NCBI GenBank assembly: GCA_951406725.2 | Contig: OX597818.1 | Span: 64,604,001 to 64,668,000, forward strand | Direction: 5' to 3' | Origin: Octopus vulgaris | Lineage: Eukaryota | Length of the DNA: 64,000 bases | Shown: positions 43,495 through 57,805 of the stretch, piece after piece | Position numbering within the stretch: position 1 is the first letter of the stretch | Layout of the letters: each line of letters starts with the position of its first letter | The notes under the pieces: generated by a model | What the model was told of the DNA's origin: nothing | Seen by the model: the letters and a program-made list of their open reading frames with translations, nothing else | The model's database searches: none | Made by a program: the position numbers and the translations under genes

Positions 43495-43825
43495 TCCCAG
43501 TTACCTGAGTTACCTTCTCCTAGAAGGATGCCCTAACAAAGGCTAGGAGTCCTTCACTCCCAATACCGCGCGATCGGGTATTCAGTCCGATTATTTCTAT
43601 GTCCCCGCGCATGATACATCCTTAAGACATTTATTGGATGGTCGTTGACTCTCAAGGGTTCCTCCGCCCTTTGACGGGTTTTGTTTTTCCTCCCGCAGGG
43701 TGTCCAATAAACACCCTCCTTACCAAGTAGGTTTGGTGGGGTTGCTGGTTTAGTCATCCACGACCCGACCATGCAACAGGTTGTACTGGGTTACATGTTA
43801 CCAGTAGCACTCGAAAGTGACCTCA
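43495..43825 (-). mobile_element. Possible 5' UTR fragment of an RTE-clade LINE
   Basis: GC-balanced island. The motifs TTCTCCTAGAAGGATGCCCTAACAAAGGCTAGGAG and GGGTTGCTGGTTTAGTC resemble RTE 5' UTR motifs as I recall them; not verified. Confidence 0.35.
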
Positions 43826-43907
43826 CATAACATACATGCATACATACAAGCATACATGCATACACACATGCATACATACTCACACAGACACACACACACA
43901 CACACAT

Positions 43908-44072
43908 AGGCGCAGGTTTGGTTGCATGGTAAAAAGTTTGTTTCCCAAGCACATGGATCCGCGTTCAGCTTTTGGGTGTCTTCTACTATAGCCTCGGCCT
44001 GATACTAGACTTCTGAACGCATTTGGTAGATGGATACTGAAAGAAGCCCCTTCTGTAATGGGTATGTGCATG

Positions 44073-44132
<60 letters not shown>

Positions 44133-44370
44133 TGTCTGTCTGTATCGTGTGTGTACATTTATTCACGTGTTTGTCACCCATCGCAGCTGGAAACCAGCTT
44201 TGATGTATTTTTTTCACTGTTCCATAACTTTTCGGCATTAGAGATCGATACAGTAGGTAGCAGACTGAAACAAAACATAAGCACTATGGTCGATACATTG
44301 ACTAAAGATTCTTCAATGCATTGCCCCAGTATGGCCGCAGTTGAATGAGTGAAATATGTAGGTGATAAAA
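43908..44370 (+). mobile_element. SINE family B, diverged, with internal (TG)n
   Basis: GGCGCAGG...GTGTCTTCTACTATAGCCTCGG...ATTTGGTAGATGGATACTGAAAGAAGCCC...CAGTATGGCCGCAGTTGAATGA. Confidence 0.8.
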
Positions 44371-44678
44371 GTTACTTCAAAACGGGAAGTCTTATAACTA
44401 CGACTTATAACTACTTCCGTATTTGACTAATGTTTGAAACGAATATATTTATAGAAGTATACATAAATATTACACATTTTACATATAAGATAATATGGGA
44501 AAATTGAACATTTCAGGGAATAATTATTTCCATCTACACAAGTGCTCAATATTAGCAGCATTGGCTCTGGTTCACAGTCACCGAATATATTAATTTAGTG
44601 CGATGATAAACGGTAGCTTACATACTATGAACGATATTGAATAAATTATTTCTAAGTCTTATTATCACGAGTATTCGC

Positions 44679-44868
44679 AGGCGGTGAGCTGGCAGAATCG
44701 TTAGCACACTAGGAGAAATGCTTATCGATATTTCACCCTGTAGCTACGTTCTGTGTTCAAATTCCGTCGAGGTCGACTTTACGTTCCATCCTACCGAGGT
44801 CGATAAATTAAGTACCTAACTGGTGTCGATCTAGTCGACTGGCCCCCACTCCTCCAAAACTTCGGGCA
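44679..44868 (+). mobile_element. SINE family A (a more diverged copy follows at ~44995-45190)
   Basis: GGCGGTGAGCTGGCAGAATCGTTAGCAC...GAGGTCGACTTT...GGTCGATAAATTAAGTACC. Confidence 0.88.
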
Positions 44869-47800
44869 CCGTTAAATTACTATGTATAGTTGTCATTTTT
44901 TTTGGTATTGTTTGTTGTTATGTTAGTGATGAATAATAAACAATAAATGCATCAAAAAGACTTCAATAATTGGAAAAAAAAAAGAATTATTGAACCGTCA
45001 GAATCGATAGCACTGCGGACAAAATGATTGGCAGCATTTCTTCCGGCTTTACATTCTGAGTGCAAATTCCACCATGGGCGACTAGGTCTTTCGACTTTGC
45101 CATGCAGATAAAATAAATACCAGTTGACTACTAGGGTCGATGTAACTGATAGTCACGCCCCTTCCCAATTCCAGGGGCACAGTGACTATAATCAAAATAA
45201 TAATCACTAATTTTGCAACTAGTGCCCCCCTAATACGAGAGACTTTGACTTTATTGCTCAGAGTTTACGCGTTCATTTGCTCTAGGTGAACTTCATGATG
45301 CTAACTTCAGTTTTGATAACTTTCTTCGATTAACGGCAGTACCACTGAAATAGCATCTTAGACATTGATGCTTACGTGATTCAATTCCATTGTAGTTTAG
45401 AAACATTATAATGTTAAGTATCAAATAGAAAACAATTTAGTGGCATTAACTTGAAACATTACCGTCCGTTAGAATAATATTGATATTCCATTCGCATTAT
45501 ATCACTGAAACGTAGTTAAACGTATCAAGGGCTGAAGAAAATCAATGGAGACGAACATCGCTGTTCTTCACTAGAAATGAGAATGACACCAAATAATAGA
45601 AAACAACACGGAACAACTTGCTAAAAGTTTTCGCAATTATCTTTCACCTTTGATTGTTGAATTTTAATTTTATTATATTTTCCGTATATAAAAGTGAATC
45701 ATTACTACTTGTAATGTTAGCGATGCCCTGTTATTTTAAATTGATTTCACGTTGCGTATAGTTCTGAATTTACTTCGCTCAATACAGAGACACTCATGAC
45801 CAGATATTTTCAACAAACGAACATTAAACTCTAAAATGATTTCCTCACTTAATGTGCTAATTATTGACATATTTATGCAAAGAAAATATATTTATAACCA
45901 AATATAATTTATTTTTCCGAGAAAATTAATGGACCAGAATTTTAAATGTAGAAATGAAAGTAGGAACATTACTGTGTTTGTCATTAATCTATTTGGCAAG
46001 AAGTAATTTGCTTCGTCAATTAAATCAGGAGCTCAAAGTTAGTCAATAAACAACAAGAGTTTATGTGTCATCAGCTTTGAAATCACCTCAGAATCAACTT
46101 TGCCGTTCTACGTTTACATTATTGAGAAGTTTAATGTATTGGCTTGGTTGCGTGTTGCTGCGGCATTGTTCTCGGCAGATAAAGGTCATCTACTTTAAGA
46201 ATGAAGGCAATGGCCGGTGTACATCTGCATAATTACATTGTTCATTTCTACAATTACATACGCGAAATCTGTGAACAAGAGGAATCGAAATTGATGAAAA
46301 GAGTATTTAGAGAAAAAGGGTTTGTGTAGAAATTAGGAATAGTTCCAGTGATATTGAAATCTTATTATAGATTAATGTGTTAAGGTACTTAACGATCAAT
46401 GACACTTGTTTCCACACAAATCGAATAAAGACTTGGTTCGAAACGCTACTTGCACTATATTCGACATTTAGAGAACAACTTTTAAATTCAGCTGAATACG
46501 TCTGCTGTCCAACTTTATCTGTCAGTGAATTTGTGTTCAATCCACAATGCAGTACAAATGTGTTGTTTTAACAAACCATTCTAATTTACTGAAATCACGT
46601 GTCGAAATCATATAGTTAGTCGTTGCGAACCATAAGTTTATTATGGATCACCAAAATACAAATTATGTGAAAACATTTTCGCTAGTTTTCTGTTTATACT
46701 GGAATATCTGGTTCTGTTTTGTATTCCATCTCACTCTACTACGTTCAATTTGCTCAAACAGCTCTACGTGGTAACCAGACCAAATCTCTCTTATGCATAG
46801 CATTGATAAGATTACATTTATATTCATTGACGAGAAATTCACTCGTATAACAGTTACATTTTTGTTGAGGAAAATAAGCGACTGAAACGACCATTAGAAA
46901 ACGGGATGATGATAATAAATAAATATGTAAACGTCATATACAAGCATTTTTAGTTTCAATTGTTCGAATCAGAGAATGTATCAGAACTAAAAAAAATATT
47001 TGTGAATCATCAGTTTTGATATTAATGGAGGTGCTTTGCGAAAAAGGGAATTCTGGAAGACACTTGAAAGAAAAGTAATAAATCTGGTTTAATGTTCCTC
47101 TCCGCGACATTGAGAAGTGACCCTGACTAAAACAAATGTAAATAAAGACTTCAGGATAGGAAAATTAACAGACCGTACCCACACATTTGATATGCAGAAC
47201 GCATGATGTAAAAGTACATCGCAACGATAAACTTTTAACACAGGAATAAAGATAAAGCAAAAGAGCGTGAAAATAAACCACGTAAATTTATGTTAGAAAC
47301 AATAAAATAAAGAAAATGTTAATTGCGTTAGATTACAGGCTTGTCATAGAAATGTACCAAAAGTATAAATTAGTGAAAAAAGTTTTCGTATAAATGGATG
47401 GAGATTATAACATCGATGAAAAGATTTTAGGTTGAAATGCTGGAATACATTTTAGGGAGAGATAAATGGCAGACATTAGGAAAAAGAGAAATATGGTATA
47501 TATGAAAAAATAGTTGGTACAATTTTTCAACATTGCTTTACCAGCAGAATCAATGCTGAAGGGTTTTAAACAATATTAATTAAGCCAACGTATCAATTAT
47601 TGTTATCAGTACTACTATTCTGACAACGGAGGTGAATTATATCTCATGAGGAGGGCATATATCAAGTGCAAATACTGTTATTCATATTTTTGTATAAATA
47701 GATGTAGAGCCAGTGATATAGCGAACTCGATGTTTAATAACATTTCTTACCCTATACTATCGGCCGAAGTTTGTAGATCGAGTTATAAGGTTCATGCTCT

Positions 47801-47891
47801 AACTGAATTTGCGTACACACACACACACACATACATACATACATACATACATACATACATACATACATACACACATACATACATACATACA

Positions 47892-47922
<31 letters not shown>

Positions 47923-48084
47923 GTATGCATACATGCTATTACATTAATCCCTCGATATCGCCTTTGTTTCATTCTACCCCCGCAATAGATGTAAATCCGG
48001 GAAGTAGAAGCAGTACTGTATATTTTCTAATTGTTTATATAATTTATTTATATTTATTTTATTTTATTGCGTTGAGAAAAAAAC

Positions 48085-48825
48085 GAGCAATTTCGACACT
48101 TTATTTTTTTTTTGCTTTTAATTTAGGTTCTAAGTCCGCAAACGCTGCTCTCGACATTTGTGCTCTGTACGGAGATGATGGCATAGCTGAAAGAACCGCT
48201 CGTGGTTGGTATGCCAAGTTCAAAAATGGAAAGATTCACCTCATTCTGGCCGTCCAGTTGAGTTCGATGAAGAGCGATTAAACCAACTTTTGCACGAACA
48301 TTCTCGTCAAACAACAGAACAGAGAAAATGGAATGCTCCCACACAGCTATAGAGAAACATCCTCACTCGATGGGAAAGGTTCAGAAGTATGGAGCATGGG
48401 TTCTGCATGCTTGATGTGACAACAACAATAATCAACGAGCCACAATCTCAGCTGGTTTGCTTGCTCGTCACTGCTCAACTCATGGACACAAGCAACGATT
48501 TCTTTGCCGAATCGCTACTGGTGGCGAGAAACGGTGCCTGTACATCAATATGAAAGAGCATGAGGAATGACTTAGCCCCGATTACCAAGCGACACCGCGC
48601 ATGAAACAAGATCTTCATTCGCGTAAAATGATGTTGTGCATATTGTGGGACTGGGAAGGGATTATCCATTATGAATTACTTGAACGGAAGCAAACGGTCA
48701 ACGTGGAACTCTATGTTCAACAGACGCAACGACTCAACAGGGTTATTCAAGAGAAAAGACCTAATCGTCAGCATCGAGTTCTTCTGCTGCACGACAACGC
48801 CCGCCCTCATATCACCAATATGACC
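48085..48825 (+). pseudogene. Decayed mariner (DD34D-type) transposase, 3'-truncated
   Basis: FAFNLGSKSANAALDICALYGDDGIAERTARGWYAKFKNG (HTH); GAWVLHA (WVPHEL); RIATGGEKR (IVTGDEKW); KMMLCILWDWEGIIHYELL...LLLHDNARPH. It has stops and frameshifts and ends before YSPDLAP. Confidence 0.93.
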
Positions 48826-48900
48826 ATGTTTCGAAGACTGCATATTCTTAATTCCGAAGGAATAAAGGGTGCATTATGCCGTCTTCTCATCAGGAAAGAC
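48822..48900 (-). ncRNA. Hammerhead motif lacking the 3' strand of stem I
   Basis: Reverse complement: GTCTTTC-CTGATGA-GAAGAC-G-GCATA...TATGC-A-GTCTTC-GAAA-CATG-GTC|. The core is perfect and stem II has 6+5 bp. The sequence after GTC is mariner. Confidence 0.75.
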
Positions 48901-49926
48901 AAGGAACTTATGTCAGCATCATGACGAACAAAAACTTTTAGATGACTGCCCACACGGAGTCCATAGTGATAATGAGTGTTTCTTTAAAATATTCCGTTAT
49001 AAGCAGTGACGTCAAAATTGGTTGGATGGATAAGATTCTAAAAAGTTCAAGAGTTCAAAAATGGTTGGAAGGGGCAAGTTCTAAGAATTGGGGGGTGACA
49101 GAGTGCAAGTCGTATGTATGGTGATGCGTTGTTGTTTGCTTTTGTCAATGAGATTAAGTGCCTATGTGTGTGTATGTATATAACTGCATTCGTGTCTATG
49201 TGTGTGTATATGTGTGCGTGATTGTTTGTGTGGGGGGATAAATGCCAAATACAACTAGTGGTGAAGTGACAGGTTTGTGTCTGTGTTTGATTGTGCTTAT
49301 GATAGAGACAAAATATGTAGCAACAACAAATGGTGGTGCCCTAGCATGGCCAAAACTCCTGAGCTAGATCAAATCAAATCAAAAGTAAAGGCATTTGAAA
49401 GATACATTCGAATGTAATTGGTTGAACTCCATACACGAGATACTCCGGTACCGTTTTTGCATCTAGTCCAGCAAATTTCATTCATAACGGACCATGCTGA
49501 TGAATGTTACAGTTATCCTTAATTGGTATATATAAATATTTTAATCTTCGGATTCTTTTTTAATATGCTGGACCACTGGTTTTAATTGATAAATATCAAT
49601 TTCTACCCTTAATTAATTTTATATATATATATGGGGGGGGGGTATGTTTGTGTGTATGTGTATGTATAAATATGTATGTATGTATATATTTATCTATATA
49701 TTTCTACCTTTAAATTTGTACATAATCATACATACTTCACATAAATTCACAATTAGTATCGCATTGATGTCTGAAATTTTTCTGGATCATAACATTCGTG
49801 TTTCAAGTCGTGTGAAGTCAAACCTCGCCTTATATCGTCAGTGTTCGATAAAATATACCAGCACAGAGACATGGCGTCCGACTTAATTGTCTAACACAAC
49901 ACATGCCCGAATTCTCTCATAGATTT

Positions 49927-50045
<119 letters not shown>

Positions 50046-50993
50046 ATATATATGTGTGTGTGTGTGTGTGTGTATACATACATGCATACTTACCTTATAT
50101 GTGTCCGTGTGTATGTGTGGTACTCTTTACAATGCGATGCTAAGTGCATTAAAAAATATTCCAAATTCCAACACGAGAACTTTTCAGTGGCCATCTGTGA
50201 TTGATATATTTCTGTCAGTTTCTTTTCTTCTTCGTCATTACTGCATTGCTTCGAGGTTTGGCTATGACTTCTGTTGTAATTCTTCCAAAAGTCTTTTTGT
50301 TCAGTAAGGTTTAGTTAAATTAATGGGAAAAACCATTTGTTAGGAGGAAGAGAGAATTTGTTGCAAGAATTAATGTATTTAGATGTAAGATGAAAGACTG
50401 AGTTCATTCTTTTTATGTAGACTTGCTTTAAGTCAATTTGGCAAAATATATGTAATTCCATGTGTGCAAGAACATTGAAGAATCTTTCCACCTGAACTGC
50501 ACACTCGTCAGCCGTCTCTTCTAAGATTCGTTCTTATAGTACACGCACACACAAGCACACAATCACACACACACGCACACATACAAGCACACACAAGCAC
50601 ATACACACACACACACAAGCACACACAAGCACACACACACACACAAACACACACACATGAATCACACCCGCCAACACCCACACAAACCACCACACACAGA
50701 CACACATAAACAAGTGGATGTGCGTGTGTGCAAGAAGCTTCCATTCTGACAATGTAAATAGGAAAATCTTCCTACTTTCTGAACACTGCGCTCACTCACA
50801 TACACACACATTCACACACACATGCACTGACATACACACACACATGCACTGACATACACACACACACATATGAATATATATACATACACACACTTACACA
50901 CATATACACACATAGAAATATATATACACATACATACATGCATATAAATATATATATATATATATATGCATATGTATATATACATATATATAT

Positions 50994-51044
<51 letters not shown>

Positions 51045-51269
51045 TACAATAAAACAACAAAAAGACAATTCATTAAATAGTTCAGTGACTTCGTAATTAC
51101 CTAGTGTAATTTACTATTAAAGTAATCCACCGCTTTTGTCTTTTGTATCTTAATTTTGAAAAGATATGAAAATGAGATTTTTATTCAAAATGTTATATTT
51201 AAGGGTTTCATGTATAAAAAGAGGGCGAGTGATGTATCTGTATAAACAGTAAGCAACAACGTTTCTAGT

Positions 51270-51950
51270 TGTGTGGCATATGTGGTAAGAAGTTTTCTTC
51301 GGAACCCCAGATGGTCACATCAGAACTTGAGAAAATGTGTCCTACTATAGCATCGCGATGACCAAAGCCTTGTTGGCAGATTTTGTAGGCAGAAACTGAA
51401 TGAAATTCGTTGTATATAAATATTTATTTCTTTATTACCGACAGACGGTTTAAATATACAGCGGACAAACAAGAACGATGGGATTAATTCATTCCTTTCC
51501 CCCAGTGCGTAACTGGTACTTATTTAATCGATCCCTAAAGGATGAATGGCAAAGTCGACCTCGTTAAACATGTTGCCCGGTGTGCTACATTTTCTGCCAG
51601 CTCGTTGTATATAAATATGAGTGTGTGCTTCTGCGTGTGCGTGTTGCATTTATTTGTGTGTGTGCGTGTGTGTGTATTTGTGTGTGTTTATGTATGTAAG
51701 CGCGCATGCATGTGTGTGTTTTTTGCGTGCGTGTGTGTGTTTCATCCCCTCTCTCTGTCTTACTCTCTACCCTACCAGCGTTGGAAATCCGCTATTTCTC
51801 CGCCGCAACTTAGCGGTTTGGCGTAAGCGTCCGACAAAATAAAAACCAGGCTTGGAATTAAGTATTGTAGTCTAGTAGTTCAGCTAGAGTTCTTCAAGGC
51901 GCTGCCACAGCATGGTCGCAGACAAGTAACAGAAACAAATAAAAATATGA
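51270..51950. mobile_element. Nested SINEs: family B (+; head 51270-51415, tail ~51770-51950) interrupted by family A (-; ~51420-51605)
   Basis: TGTGGTAAGAAG...ACCAAAGCCTTG...GAAACTGAA; CCCCAGTGCGTAACTGGTACTTATTTAATCGA...GGCAAAGTCGACCTCG; AACTTAGCGGTTTGGC...CAGCATGGTCGCAG. Confidence 0.75.
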
Positions 51951-53999
51951 AACACATCATTTGCCCAGCCGTTCTCGTCAAATCTAAGTTATTTTTCAAA
52001 TATCAATGAATTTGCAATATAACCAAACATGAATTTGAATGATTAATTTTGGTTTTGAAAATTCCGTAATATTTTATCAAATATTCTAAACGGTAAATGC
52101 TTGCATTCGTCCTTCACTTTCATAACTATTTTGCTATCACAATCTTCGTAAGGACTTCTTAATTCGGAGTAAATAAATTCCAAACGTATATGAACTCAAG
52201 TCATACTCTAGAAGACCTCAGCATTATTAGTATAACTTTCACTGGAGTGAAGAATCGTTTCATTCTTTCGACAAACCATAGTTCTTAATGTAGTCAGCCA
52301 CATATTTTCGAAACATTGCGCTAACATGTCTTTCAACATGGCTATCGTATTTGTTAGGGCAATATTTACACATGCATTATAGATATTTAAAATTTACCTC
52401 CAAATGTTGCACATGAACGCTTGAAAACTAACCCTTCCAAATAGAAATAAATTATTTGTCTATAACGTAAAAAGAACTGCTTTCTATTCCCATGAAGTTC
52501 ATGGGAGACATTTTGACAGTTTCTGAACAACGCTTAAAGGGCTGATGAGTGCGTTGTCTCATACTATAAATGGAATACATGAATACAGGAATATTCTTTC
52601 GGTTGGTTTGATCTAAAGTAACGATCATTCTACAAATTATTCTCTCGTTATAAATGTTTCCTTGCTATGTTTTAGCATTTTAGTAACAACATCTGATTTC
52701 TTCATTGCTTTTTTTTTTCTAAGATACCATTTTACATGGTAACACTTTCATCAGATATAAACTGGATTCTTGTTACAACTACAAAGAATGTTAGAGTTTC
52801 TTTTTTCTTTCAAAGAAGAAAGTTTCAAAACGCATTATTTACAAGAAACATAAAAATTTCATCGCAATTGAATATCTGTCTATTTTGATAATCATCTTCT
52901 TCTACGATAGCTTTCGAGATAGCATCGTGATTTGTCCTGTAAAATTCCTGATAGTACTTGCAGTCTCACAACTAATACAAACGTTGTGAATTAGTGTTCA
53001 CAGTTTGAATCGCTCAAACAAAAACAGAGACAATTTTTTTTTTCTTTCAATTTTTGATGGAATCTAATTTTCGTTAAGAGAATTTACAAAAAGTTTCCAT
53101 TTAAATAGCTATGATACTAATGGAAATTTTTTTGCGGTTGCAATCTCTCCTCCAAAAATACACAACACGCCTCAATTCAATAATGAAATTGCTTCCAAGA
53201 ATCAATACCTTTTGAAATGAAATAAAAGTAACTATGCATTTCTCCTTTGAATCGTTTATTCTCCTTCTTCTATGTATTATTAACGTCGTTTCATTCACAG
53301 GACGCACCTTATATTTATTCTGCTGTTACTCTATACATTGCTGTTTATAATCGCTAGCGCACGATCCGGAGTTAACGCATTCCAATTCTTCTGCAAGGAA
53401 CATTGAGTGTAGCGAGGTGATTAGGTGATTAGGTGCATTGTTTAAGATTAGCAAACTTCAATATCAAAAGTTTTCTTGTCTTTCGTTTATTCGTCTTGAA
53501 GAAAGCTTGTGCAATATAATTGGATGGAGTGGTACAAAGGGATTATTTTGCTTTAAGATGACATCACACATACATACACACACACACACACATATATATA
53601 TAGGCATACATACATATATATATATATATATAGGTATACATACATATATATATATGTATGTATAGATATATACACACACGTATAAGTACATACAAGCATA
53701 GACACACACATATATATATATATGTATACACACATATACTCATATATATGCATGCATATAATGCACAACTGCACATTAATACACGACTGCATATAAGTGA
53801 TCATGTATTTATACACATCACAATACACATTGCGGTGTATTGATATATACTAAGACTTCTAGTTCGACAGAACTTCGAACAGAGCCTCAGGTTTGATATT
53901 ATATCAAACACTGATCTTTTAAAGAATATGAAAACTTATAAGCGTTAATCAAATATCAAAACTACGAAATCACCAAAGCTAAAAGTTAATTGCAGAATC

Positions 54000-54244
54000 A
54001 AGTTGTATACGCAGGTCAAGGTATTAGAACCATGAACGGAGGTGTTTGAGAGATACAGCGAGACACTGAATGTGATAAGGCGGGCCCTTTTAAATACAAG
54101 TGCTACTCATTGTTGCCACCTGAGTGGGCTGGAGTAACGTTAAATAAAATATCTTGCCCAAGGTTCCAACTTACACCTGGGAATAAAACCCCTGACCATA
54201 TAACCGTGTGTAAATGGCCCTGACTAGTAAGCCACTCGACTCCA
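54000..54244 (-). mobile_element. SINE family C, diverged, reverse
   Basis: TGTGATAAGGCGGGCCCTTTTAAATACAAGT...CTTGCCCAAGG...GGGAATAAAACC parallels 29490-29700. Confidence 0.6.
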
Positions 54245-54751
54245 CTCGGGGGTTTAGAATGCTTATTAGGAATAAAATACAAGCTACAGAGATAAGGCAG
54301 TTATATATGGGTTAAGGTTAGTATTTTTATTGGTGTTAATAATATTCTTATGATACAAGGATGTTTGCAAACGGGACATGAAGGCCTGCGACATCGAAAA
54401 GACTAAAACAAGTAAAATAATAAAAGCATAAAAGAATTGATGAAATCAATGGCTTTTGAGCTCAGAAATACCGACTCTCAAACGATTCTGGCTGCTCAAC
54501 TGCCCTTAATAATTGGGGTTACGTGATTTGAACACAGGGAAAACAACTTTGAAAATGGAACTATTCGATACCATTGACATTCAGTATTCGATTGGTTGTT
54601 ATTTTAACGAACCCAAAAGAACGTAGAGCAGCATTGACTGTGATGGGATTTGAACTCCGAACGAGAAAACCATTTCCCGACCCTCAAACAATTATGTCAG
54701 TTCATCATCTAATAACAAGAATAGTATTAATAGCATGCAACACCAGTTGCT

Positions 54752-54813
<62 letters not shown>

Positions 54814-54829
54814 GGTGGTGGTGGTGGTG

Positions 54830-54894
<65 letters not shown>

Positions 54895-54922
54895 GGTGGT
54901 GGTGGTGGTGGTGGTGGTAGTG

Positions 54923-54974
<52 letters not shown>

Positions 54975-54977
54975 TAA

Positions 54978-55020
<43 letters not shown>

Positions 55021-55024
55021 GGTG

Positions 55025-55067
<43 letters not shown>

Positions 55068-55081
55068 AGGTGGTGGTGGTG

Positions 55082-55126
<45 letters not shown>

Positions 55127-55127
55127 A

Positions 55128-55170
<43 letters not shown>

Positions 55171-55171
55171 G

Positions 55172-55211
<40 letters not shown>

Positions 55212-55222
55212 CAGCAGTGGTC

Positions 55223-55258
<36 letters not shown>

Positions 55259-55282
55259 GCAGTAGTGGTGGTGGTGGTGGTG

Positions 55283-55338
<56 letters not shown>

Positions 55339-55354
55339 GGTGGTGGTGGTGGTG

Positions 55355-55395
<41 letters not shown>

Positions 55396-55408
55396 GGTGG
55401 TGGTGGTG

Positions 55409-55458
<50 letters not shown>

Positions 55459-55468
55459 GGTGGTGGTG

Positions 55469-55521
<53 letters not shown>

Positions 55522-55544
55522 AGTAATAGTAGTAGTAGTAGTAA

Positions 55545-55623
<79 letters not shown>

Positions 55624-55630
55624 AGTAGTT
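54752..55630. repeat. ~880-bp compound trinucleotide tract of alternating (AGT)n and (GGT)n blocks, ending in (TGT)n
   Basis: Directly visible. It explains the poly-S/G, poly-V and poly-L/P ORFs. Confidence 0.97.
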
Positions 55631-56921
55631 GTTTGTGCAGTGCCATCCTTTGTACTTTAGTATATCTATGTTTCACCGATGTTCTCTACATATTACACCG
55701 AATATCCTCTTCCACATTGTTCTAGATGATCTAACAAGCATAAAGTTTGAGGAAAGAAAATTCATGAGTTAAAAACCTAGCAAAAAAAATTACTACATGC
55801 TCCCTCTTTTTAAAGGAATCAATCTTGGTGTTGTTGGGGTTTTGATAAGGGGAAATAATGCTCTGATAATGTGAGACACACTAGACGAAGGATATTTTAC
55901 TTTGTAGCAGCAAATCTATAACTATTGTGCAGCTTTCCCAAAACGGATGCATCGTCCTCATTCGCAGAGGTAAAAATATGATAGAATTTACGCCATCATG
56001 GTCACAACCGTGACTGCCATATTATTTCTCAACGCTAGCGAATAAACGTTGTTTGATACAAATTTGATAGCAAACTGTCGAGGACTTTGGAAGAGAAAAA
56101 AATTGTTTCCCAGTCGATTCGCGCCAAGATAACGATTCACTCCATATCCCCAATGGTTTTTGGTTTTGTGCCGAGAGTCAATAATAAATATGACAGAAAT
56201 CGTGTTACCAACTTCATCTAACAAAGAAAAGAGAAAATCTTTTCTCTGCATGTTGGTTACGATGAACAAAGTTGTGTGGTGGTGAAATGGTCTAAACGGT
56301 GAGAAGACTTTATTGGAGTAATTACTGTTGATTTTTAAAATTCTGTAACATTTTATTACACAATAATACAATTGATATATGATTTGTTATTCACTTCACG
56401 GTATTTCTACAGAACTTAATGATACATGGAGAAACATAACACTTACACGTTGAAGGTCTTCACTGTAGAGCTGTCAAATGACACTGCTTAAACATTCTCC
56501 CAACAACAATAAATATCTTCTTTATCAACAACTCTTCATATCACACATCGTTTTATCAAGTGTTTAAAAACAATTTATGTGCTCTTGGTTACTTAAACTG
56601 AAACACAATATTATATATGAGATATTTTACACACCATAAATATTTCAAATTGCGCACCACAGCTTTCACTGTAAAATATTTTGAGATTGTTAACAAATAC
56701 AAATGTTATACATATCTACATGTATTTCTAATATGAAATATTTAAAAAGAGGTCCTACGACATGATGGATTGTGTCTACAGAAATCCCGCGCAATATCAC
56801 GGTTTATTATTTAAGCTTAGGTTAGTATAGAAATTTATATAAATATGGAATTATTTCTATATTATCCATCCCTATATTGTGTAAAATACTGAAATTGTTC
56901 TGATTTCTTTGTGTGTGTGTG

Positions 56922-56955
<34 letters not shown>

Positions 56956-57647
56956 GAAAAAACTCTCTAAAATGTACCTATGTATTTCAAATTATCCCTG
57001 AGTTTATGGTTGTCAAATAGTTAAGTATTATAAGTTTTACTCTCTCTTCCCCATCAGCTTTAGTCTGCAAATTTTGGCTGGAATGGATTCTTACTGAACC
57101 CGAATGGTTTTTACTCCAAAGAAATCTTGATTTATGACTCTGCCACTTAAACTGTCTTTTTACTCTATCCATAAAAGATAGATTCTAGTTTCCATTAGAC
57201 TTAATAAACTAGTCTATAAATTAGAACTACCCCCCCCCCCCCAGTAGTAAATCTAAACAACAAAGTAAAACCAATGCTAAGCAGTGTCTTCACGTGAAAA
57301 AATATCAGTTACAACTATGATGTTGTTGAGGAATATGTTCTTTGGCAATCTACTTATCCTCTTTGTGATTTTGGTTAATAGAATAATTATACAAATGAAT
57401 CCAACTAAATTCTATATTTTTATGCAGCTACAGATTGCTCTACATTTTAAAACTGATGTTATATTTGCATTGTTCAAATAAATGGAGTCGCATGAAACGA
57501 CCGTACTGCATTACGTCTGGATATCCTTGTTGCTTATTTTGATTGTAATCACCCCATTTTGAATTATATGGATAATACCATACAAAATTATGGTCCCTTT
57601 AACTTAAGTACCATATTCATTTGAATCTAAATTTTACTGAACTTATA

Positions 57648-57681
<34 letters not shown>

Positions 57682-57805
57682 ATAAACATATGAATATATA
57701 TATATATATGTCTACATTTGTCTGTGTACGAGTACGTATAGGTATACATATGTATGTATGTGTATGTGTATGCATATATATATATATATTATATAAATAT
57801 ATATA

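Noticed and set aside
45200-47700. Microsatellite-free stretch possibly containing exons
   Set aside because: No ORF with a recognisable protein or convincing splice pair; the same holds for 37700-39300, 52000-53500 and 55900-57600.
52542-52565. CTGATGAG motif
   Set aside because: No downstream GAAA or stem III.
54574-55725. 383-aa Ser/Gly-rich ORF and overlapping poly-V and poly-L/P ORFs
   Set aside because: Fully explained by the (AGT)/(GGT) tract; the ORF start lies in diverged SINE-like sequence.
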